From contig NIVC01000213.1 in NCBI GenBank assembly GCA_002269645.1, forward strand, positions 1 through 64,000: a stretch of 64,000 bases of DNA. The letters run 5' to 3'. The position numbers and the translations under genes were made by a program. The notes under the pieces are model-generated. The model made no database searches and had not been told where the DNA came from. It saw nothing but the letters and a program-made list of their open reading frames with translations. The first letter of the stretch is position 1. The number at the start of each line of letters is the position of its first letter. This DNA comes from Macrostomum lignano. Lineage: Eukaryota. Below, one piece after another: positions 55,401 to 64,000 of this stretch.

Positions 55401-56429
55401 AGCTAATGATAATGAGGGATGGCAATGCTCGCACCTGCGGATCGGCCGTGAGCAGCCAGTCCCTGGGGCTGAGGGTGTGCAGCTGCATCACCAGGCCCGG
55501 TGTCTCGTGGTCCAGCGGCACGGGCTGAACAATCCTAGTAGGCGGATGAAAAGTGGCGCACGAGCCGTGGGCGGGGTGGAAGAACACGGAGAACTGGTCC
55601 ATGGAGCACAGCTGGCCCTGGTAGCTGCAGTAGGCTATCATGTCCAGCGGGCGGAGCACCGCGCTCGAGTTGATGTAGTGCCGGAAGATGCTCTGTAGAG
55701 CCAGCCGGGACGCGTACTCGCGCTGAGCCTGCGACAGCCCCAGGTGCGACATGTTGCCGTACAGCACGTAGCGCCACAGGGCGGGCGCAGAGTTGATCAG
55801 CACGTCGTAGCCAAACGTCCGATTGCTGTCGGGGAAGACGTCCGGCTTACCGACGTCGCGACGAAAGAATGCGCTTGGCGGACAGACGGTCACGTCGGGG
55901 AAGACAAACGGCCGAGCCCGACCTCTGGCCAGGACAGTGTGGCCGGCGTTGAAGGCTTCGAGCAGGCGCCAGAAATGAAAGCCGCTGACTGCTGAGCAGA
56001 GCACGAAGGCCACAACCCACAGAGATTTGACTGGCGGCGAGCGGTGCAGGAATTTCAGGGAGAACGGAGTCAGCACCAGCCTGTGGTAGGTGACTGAGAC
56101 TTTCCTGCGGCAGTGCTGCTGCTGACGCTGTGGCTGCAGCTGCTGATGTTGATGTTGCTGCTGATGCTGCTGCTGCGGAGGCTGGCTTTGCTGTTGCTGG
56201 CGTTGGCGCTGATTGCGGGAGGGTGTCGTCGCCGCCTCGGCTGCCGCAGCCGCTGCCGCCGCCGCAGCAGCCGCAGCGGCCGACCTGGGCATCGTCAGCG
56301 TCAGGGGCAGCCTCGGGGGCGGCGGCGGCGGCGGCGGCGGCCAGAAGACGACGACGGAGCCTTCCTGGGTATGGTGGAAAAGGTGCCTTCGTCAGATTCG
56401 TCGAAGTCGAAGCTGTAGCGGCCCAGCAT
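52403..56429 (-). CDS. DEG/ENaC (amiloride-sensitive channel family)-like subunit, with several frameshifts in this sequence
   Basis: Exon 1 (ATG 56429 or 56292 to 55435): TM1 LWVVAFVLCSAVSGFHFW, FPDVTVC, CSYQGQLCS..F..FFHPAHGSCATF, PGLVMQL. Exon 2 (53880-53121): VTLHPP..P......QRPG, LLADCGC, CRC...C, VEFSIHAY. Exon 3 (52680-52403): TM2 QFLADAGGALGLLLGASLVTLLE. GT-AG junctions are phase 0. Frame switches are needed near 56340, 53630, 53290, 53165 and 52600. Confidence 0.82.
52735..53117. repeat. 13-bp G-rich minisatellite (GGTTTCGGGTTCC)n filling a DEG/ENaC intron
   Basis: About 29 copies with occasional 7-nt truncated units. Confidence 0.95.
53888..54310. repeat. 12-bp minisatellite (CAGAGTGCGGGT)n, intronic
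   Basis: Perfect core degrading towards the right. Confidence 0.93.
54770..55340. repeat. 31-bp minisatellite, intronic
   Basis: Unit gagagtcactgaggatattttggcgcctatt. Confidence 0.93.
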
Positions 56430-57524
56430 GGAGGCCAGGTCCGTGGGCGGGCCGTGCTCGTCCATTGTTCGTTCAATTGAAGCCGACTTGAGCCGCCAAA
56501 CTGACTGGCTTGTTTATCATTCCAGCTGTCGAATGGCAAGTTCAAGACTCTCAGAAGAGCGAGTGAGTTTTTGCTTGCTCTTTAAATTTGCAGATGAGGA
56601 GAGAGGAGTCTGGGAAGGCAAAAGGGGATGGGGTTGCTGACGGAACTGTCTCGGCAGGGGCTGCAGCTTCCACCATTGCTGCTCCTAGCAGGGCAGCCGG
56701 CCGGGCCAATAGGGAGACAAAACAGATGAGAGAAGAAAAAGTGGAACAAACTGGAGGGAGCGAGGAAGGGAAACACAGAGTGCTGGAAAGTCATTGGGAA
56801 AGTTGACTTACCCGCTGAAGAAGACAATGAATGCTGCTCAGGCTGGGCAGGCGTTCAGAGCTGCCTCATGAGGATGGGGGATTTGTCCAGACATGCAGAA
56901 ACATGGCGCCTGCGCTCTGTAGAGAAAGAGAGAGTGGGGACGGCCCGGTGAGAAGCAAGTCGGCTCATTAGCTTATGAAGAATGCAGCTGAGAGGGCGTC
57001 ATCACTTTCTGCCAGTGATTCTGCAGCCCTGCCGAACTGAATAGAAAGTCCGTCTCGCACCTGCCTACCCGCTCTGCCAGTCTGTTCCCGCCTGTGAAAT
57101 TCGATATTCCCTCCCCCTCTTGTCAGCGGCCTGTTCATCCGGCCAGCAATTATCGGGCAAAAACGTGTTGGCAACCGATATTGCCTAAAAGAGGGAGGAA
57201 GCGCGATCGTTCAATTGGTTCTTGAGACCGCCTGCCTCAATCGATCAATATGAGATATGCCAAACAGTGCGCAGTACCTTGGCAGGTGCAATTCATTGTA
57301 CTGTCAATCACTGTTATAGGAATGGAAGGGAGATGCCATCAGTTAAGGTGCCCCGTTAATTTGGATAGCAGGCCACCTGCTGGGATCATGACAGCAATGA
57401 AGAAAGGAGGCCTGGGACTAACAGTGCATTGAATGCGGCTGCTCTTTTTGCCATTTTTAATGCTAAATTATGAATAAATCTAATAAATAATTCTCGCTGC
57501 AGTAAAGTTCTAATAGCTGGCTAG

Positions 57525-58109
<585 letters not shown>

Positions 58110-58130
58110 AAGTGTCAAAGCCCTAAACAA

Positions 58131-58323
58131 CTACAAAAGCAAAGTCTGCACAGTCTGCTTGAGTCTGTCCCCGCAAATCAATCGCCCAGCTCCCAACAGA
58201 TCCAAGCCCATGATGAAGCAGAGCCAGCAGCAGGGCAGCGCTGGGCAAGTGAAACACACGCACACCAGCGGCTGCCACACGCGATTCGGCCAGAATCTGC
58301 TGTCACGCCAACAGCGAAGGACC
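58131..58323 (-). CDS. Putative terminal exon, Cys-rich and hydrophobic
   Basis: Acceptor ttgattacag|G, then an open frame VLRCWRDSRFWPNRVWQPLVCVCFTCPALPCCWLCFIMGLDLLGAGRLICGDRLKQTVQTLLL-stop. Upstream exons were not established. Confidence 0.33.
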
Positions 58324-59814
58324 CTGTAATCAATTTCTGTGCCCGATTCTGTACAAACCTGATCTGCTATGGTCGCTATGATATCTCTGCATTCTCTAGA
58401 TATTATCTACCCCAGCTCACAGCTGTCAATCTCCATCTTATTTGCCATCCGACTATCAATGCGGAACTAATTATTGCATGTAGAGAGTTGAATTGTTACC
58501 ATGGATGAACGATAATACCAACGCTAACCGTCGCTAAACTAGTAGTCCATGGTGTCTATATGGCACTGTACACTGCACTGTTAAAGTGTAGTCCATGAAA
58601 TCTACGTGGCGCTGTTCACTGTACACAGTTCACATTAGTAGTCCATGAACCGTGTCAAGAAGGCTTGGCAGTCAAGTCAAACGTAAACTCTTCAACTTTT
58701 ACAAGACTCTGCTAGCTGGATTCGCTTGGTTTCGCTCAACTCGCTTAAATACGGGCTAAGATGAGAAGAACTTGGGAATGGGAAGATGGAGAGGAAAGGG
58801 GGACTTGAAAAACTAGTACATGCACTCAAGGAGGCTGTGGGTGACATCGTCCCACACTTCAAAGACTTCAAAGCTGAACTCCAACGAAATTGTCACAAAT
58901 TTCCATAGAAGAGTATATGCTGTTCTATTGATGTCACTGATTGCTGTCATGGACTACTAAATAATAATGGGACTATGGCCATGGACAACTGAAGCAAAAG
59001 GCCGCAGCATTCGATTTGTCTATGGTGAAACCCCAAGAAATCTGAGTTGCCCATGACAATGGTATGTCAGACATGCAGTCTATGGCCAAATCTCATTTGG
59101 TTTTCCGCCTTCAAGGCGGAGGCAAATAAATGAAAGCATGGCGTGACAGACTCACGGCCGGGGGCAAGGTGGGGAGGGGATTATAAATTCATATCTGTCT
59201 TGTCTAGGCCGCCTGGAAACCGAGAATTATAAGCCCAGCCCCATCTGCACTTTTTCCCACAGTCCAGGCCATACAATATTATCCTAGCCAGCTATACAGC
59301 GGCGAATAGCTGCAGATCCCTCAGCAAAACTGTTTCGGGATCATCTCTTCAACCGCCTGCTAGCTCGTTTAGCCACCTCCTCTCGTTGGTGGTCCATGAA
59401 TTCGCTTAATTCCCCACCCAACAGTTGCATCCGCCACGGTCTGGTTCCGCCCTCTCGCTGCCTGCCCGGCCCTTCACTGGCTCTTTCTTTTAATCTGGCT
59501 CCGGGATCTTTCTTTGCCTCTTTGCATTGTTGAAGATGCAAGCCCGCAGGCTCGAGTCTTAAGCCGCTGGCCGATCCGCATGAGTCTTGGGCTTCGCTCG
59601 CAACCGCCCCGTCCCCCATATTTCTGTCTTTCAGTCTTCTCTGCTCAATCAGACAGTCGGTCAGCAAAGCTCGAAGACCTCGTTTGCATAGGGGAAGTTT
59701 GCCCGACTTCGCTGAAAGTAGCAACTTTTTTAGACTGACAAATGCTGAATCCGAGGTTTGCAAATGGTGAGCGGGCAGCTTTGTAAGATAAAGGCGGTAG
59801 GACAGAGACCTGTA

Positions 59815-60880
59815 GTTTTTTACTGTCAGAGATCTGCAGTTTATGACTGTCAGAGATCTGCAGTTTATGACTGTCAGAGATCTGCAGTTTATGACTGTCA
59901 GAGATCTGCAGTTTATGACTGTCAGAGATTTGCAGCTTATGACTGTCATCAGAGATCTGCAGTTTATGACTGTCAGAGATCTGCAGTTTATGACTGTCAG
60001 AGATCTGCAGTTTATGACTGTCAGAGATCTGCAGTTTATGACTGTCAGAGATCTGCAGTTTATGACTGTCAGAGATCTGCAGTTTATGACTGTCAGAGAT
60101 CTGTAGTTTTTTACTGTCAGAGATCTGCAGTTTATGACTGTCAGAGATCTGCAGTTTATGACTGTCAGAGACCTGTTGTTTTTTACTGTCAGAGATCTGC
60201 AGTTTATGACTGTCAGAGATCTGCAGTTTATGACTGTCAGAGATCTGCAGTTTATGACTGTCAGAGATCTGCAGTTTATGACTGTCAGAGATCTGCAGTT
60301 TATGACTGCCAGAGACCTGTAGTTTTTTACTGTCAGAGATCTGCAGTTTATGACTGTCAGAGATCTGCAGTTTATGACTGTCAGAGATCTGCAGTTTATG
60401 ACTGTCAGAGATCTGCAGTTTATGACTGTCAGAGATCTGCAGTTTATGACTGTCACAATCTGTAGTTTATGACTGTCACAATCTGTAGTTTATGACTGTC
60501 ACAATCTGTAGTTTAACTGTCACAATCTGTAGTTTATGACTGTCACCATCTGTAGTTTATGACTGTCACAATCTTTAGTTTATGACTGTCACAATCTGTA
60601 GTTTAACTGTCACAATCTGTAGTTTGACTGTCAAAATCTGTAGTTTGACTGTCACAATCTTTAGTTTATGACTGTCACAATCTGTAGTTTAACTGTCACA
60701 ATCTGTAGTTTATGACTGTCACAATCTGTAGTTTGACTGTCAAAATCTGTAGTTTGACTGTCACAATCTTTAGTTTATGACTGTCACAATCTGTAGTTTA
60801 ACTGTCACAATCTGTAGTTTATGACTGTCACAATCTGTAGTTTATGACTGCCACAATCTGTAGTTTATGACTGCCGGAAT
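59815..60880. repeat. 24-bp minisatellite grading into a 21-23-bp variant
   Basis: ctgtcagagatctgcagtttatga to about 60450, then ctgtcacaatctgtagtttatga. Confidence 0.94.
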
Positions 60881-61344
60881 CTGAAGCCATCTCGAGTTTA
60901 GTCCAGGGCATTTTAGCAGTTCGAACTCAAGTGATAATGCGTAAACTCACTTATAAAAATGTATCAATACTACAAATTAAAAACGTCAAGTACAAAACAA
61001 TAAAAACAGCCAAGTGCACCGGAATCATTGGACAATCCACTGCAATATTGGTATTCGAGAAGAGGTAATGAGAAGAGCCAAGCCTATGCAAATGCTTGGA
61101 TCTGGCCAAGAAAGGAAATAAATCTTTTTCTCCCTCATCTTGGAATGCATTTTCTCTTCAGCTGAATCCGGGAGTAGATTGGAGATTAGGCGGCCTAACA
61201 CTCTGTTTTAGCCCGCTAAGACTCATAATTTACAATGCCGCACATCTCTTTGCATTGGAAATTGGACTCGAGCGATGGATACAGAAATCTCAGTGCGCAC
61301 TGCATGGCTGCCAATGTTGATTAGGAGTCAGATTTTTGGGGCAT

Positions 61345-61510
61345 TTTACATCCGTGACATGAGGGAGATGCCCAATTTACATCCGTGACGCTTTGACGAT
61401 ACCCAATTTACATCCGTGACGCTATGAAGATACCCAATTTACATCCGTGACGCTTTGACGATACCCAATTTACATCCGTGACGCTATGACGATACCCAAT
61501 TTACATCCGT
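61345..61510. repeat. 31-bp minisatellite, about 5 copies
   Basis: Unit atttacatccgtgacgctttgacgataccca. Confidence 0.85.
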
Positions 61511-61934
61511 AATACTGTGATATTTCGAAGCAACCCAACTCAAAAAGTAAGTCCTATCAGATCAGCCAATGCGTACTTGAGCACGTTTGCAAAGACTTCT
61601 CTATCTACGACTCGTACAAGCTTCATATTCAACTCATCTACATGCTACGGAGACCTCAGGCCAAAATGTTTTGAATTATCGCTGGCACTTTAGCCTGCGA
61701 AGGTCGAGAAGCAATGAGATCTATCAAGTTTAGCCAATTCCCCATCAACTAAGTAGCTGAAATGCGACACCAAAACCCCTGGCAAAAAAAAGTTAAAGAA
61801 AGTTGATTCTGCCTCAGATCTAAGTTTATCCTCACAACACTGAATGAACCGTTGATCAAATTTTAACCCGCCTTGCCTAGAGCTGCACATTTTGTAATCG
61901 TTCTATCTAACTGAAACTTCATTCACGAAAGGTG

Positions 61935-63400
61935 ATCACAGATCTGTCAGCAAGAATTCACAGATCTGTCAGCAGTAATTCACAGATCTATCAGCAGGAA
62001 TTCACAGATCTGTCAGCAGTAATTCACAAATCTGTCAGCAGTAATTCACAGATCTATCAGCAGGAATTCACAGATCTATTAGCAGGAATTCACAGATCTA
62101 TCAGCAGTAATTCACAGATCTATCAGCAGGAATTCACAGATCTATTAGCAGGAATTCACAGATCTGTCAGCGGGAATTCATAGATCTGTCAGCGGGAATT
62201 CACAGATCTGTCAGAAATAGTTCACAGATCTGTCAGCAGGAATTCACAGATCTGTCAGAAATAGTTCACAGATCTGTCAGAAATAGTTCACAGATCTGTC
62301 AGCAGGAATTCACAGATCTGTCAGAAGCATTTCCCAGATCTGTCAGAAGCATTTCCCAGATCTGTCAGAAGCATTTCCCAGATCTGTCAGAAACATTTCA
62401 CAGATCTGTCAGAATGATTTCACAGGTCTGTCAGAAACATTTCACAGGTCTGTCAGAAACATTTTACAAATCTTTCAGAAACATTTTACAGATCTGTCAG
62501 AAACATTTCACAGATCTGCCAGCAGGAATTCACAGATCTGTCAGCAGGAATTCACAGATCTGTCAGCAGTAATTCACAAATCTGTCAGCAGTAATTCACA
62601 GATCTATCAGCAGGAATTCACAGATCTGTCAGCAGTAATTCACAAATCTATCAGCAGTAATTCACAGATCTATCAGCAGTAATTCACAGATCTATCAGCA
62701 GGAATTCACAGATCTATTAGCAGGAATTCACAGATCTGTCAGCGGGAATTCATAGATCTGTCAGCGGGAATTCACAGATCTGTCAGAAATAGTTCACAGA
62801 TCTGTCAGCAGGAATTCACAGATCTGTCAGAAGCATTTCCCAGATCTGTCAGCAGGAATTCACAGATCTGTCAGAAACATTTCACAGATCTGTCAGAATG
62901 ATTTCACAGGTCTGTCAGAAACATTCACAGATCTGTCAGAATGATTTCACAGGTCTGTCAGAAACTTTCACAGATCTGTCAGAATGATTTCACAGATCTG
63001 CAGAAATTTCACAGATCTGCCAGCAGGAATTCACAGATCTGCCAGCAGGAATTCACAGATCTGCCAGCAGGAATTCACAGATCTGCCAGCAGGAATTCAC
63101 AGATCTGCCAGCAGGAATTCACAGATCTGCCAGCAGGAATTCACAGATCTGCCAGCAGGAATTCACAGATCTGCCAGCAGGAATTCACAGATCTGCCAGC
63201 AGGAATTCACAGATCTGCCAGCAGGAATTCACAGATCTGTCAGCAGGAATTCACAGATCTGCCAGCAGGAATTCACAGATCTGCCAGCAGGAATTCACAG
63301 ATCTGCCAGCAGGAATTCACAGATCTGCCAGCAGGAATTCACAGATCTGCCAGCAGGAATTCACAGATCTGCCAGCAGGAATTCACAGATCTGTCAGAGA
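61935..63400. repeat. 22-bp minisatellite
   Basis: Unit cacagatctgccagcaggaatt; homogeneous at 63010-63390, variant-rich elsewhere. Confidence 0.94.
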
Positions 63401-64000
63401 TAGTTCAGAAAGCTTGCAAGCTTCAGCAGTCTCCCTTTTCTTTCTTAAGCCTTTGAATATTCTTCTGGCATAGAGATCAGTGCCTTTGGACTCGGAGCCA
63501 CACATGGTTGAATTCACACGGCACATTAATTCTAGGCCACTGAGTCAATAATGCTATAATCTACAAAGTCAATATCAGTGCCAAAAAAGAACTGTTTGCA
63601 TATCGGGTTAGCTTTCTTCGAAATCGTGTCCAACAAGCCGTCAAGAATTTGTGACACAACTCAATTATGTTTGGTGAAACTGGCTGAGAAAGGACTTAAA
63701 TCATGGAGATTGGTCAGTTTAACCATTCACCGTGGTACCACTTGGCACAGCGTGATCAGCCAAGAGACCGTGAGCACAGAGGCTATGAGCAGTGGTGATT
63801 ATAGCTGAAATTTTATAAACAGGCTGAAATGATATGCAATCAGGTTTGTGTGACGTTTCAGTGCGTTAACTTTTCTTTGTCGAGAGTTGGAAACCAATGC
63901 AGATGACTTTTTGATGATCCTGAATTTGACCATTGGCACAGACACAATTCAGGGCTTGCTGCCTTCTATTCTAAAAATTACCATGCAGTTTCCCAGCAGA

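Noticed and set aside
59815-63400. 24-bp and 22-bp arrays as inverted arms of a second foldback element
   Set aside because: They share only short AGATCT/CTGTCAG cores; no mirrored variants, matching termini or TSD were found.
61520-64000. Protein-like frames at about 61.5-61.9 kb and 63.5-63.8 kb
   Set aside because: Interrupted by stops, no recognisable domain and no supported exon chain within the window.

Overview
Eukaryotic (metazoan) genomic DNA with spliceosomal introns; no prokaryotic features and no CRISPR array. GC-rich exons set among many unrelated intronic minisatellites suggest a flatworm such as Macrostomum, but this is inference only. From left to right: (1) a giant minus-strand coiled-coil gene running off the left edge, built from about 32.7 near-identical 357-bp units (119 aa, exactly 17 heptads); (2) an AT-rich stretch holding a mariner element with ~195-bp TIRs and an in-frame-deleted DD34D transposase, a decayed nested palindrome, and a Foldback-like element with tandem-repeat arms and an 8-bp TSD; (3) a two-exon RPL15 gene; (4) a multi-exon LRRC63-like gene (minus) head-to-head with a CFAP77-like gene (plus); (5) a frameshifted DEG/ENaC-like channel gene (minus); and (6) more than 15 micro- and minisatellite arrays. 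Most listed short ORFs are repeat-derived or off-frame artefacts. Several frameshifts look like single-base long-read errors. Family assignments come from motif recognition by eye, not from database searches.
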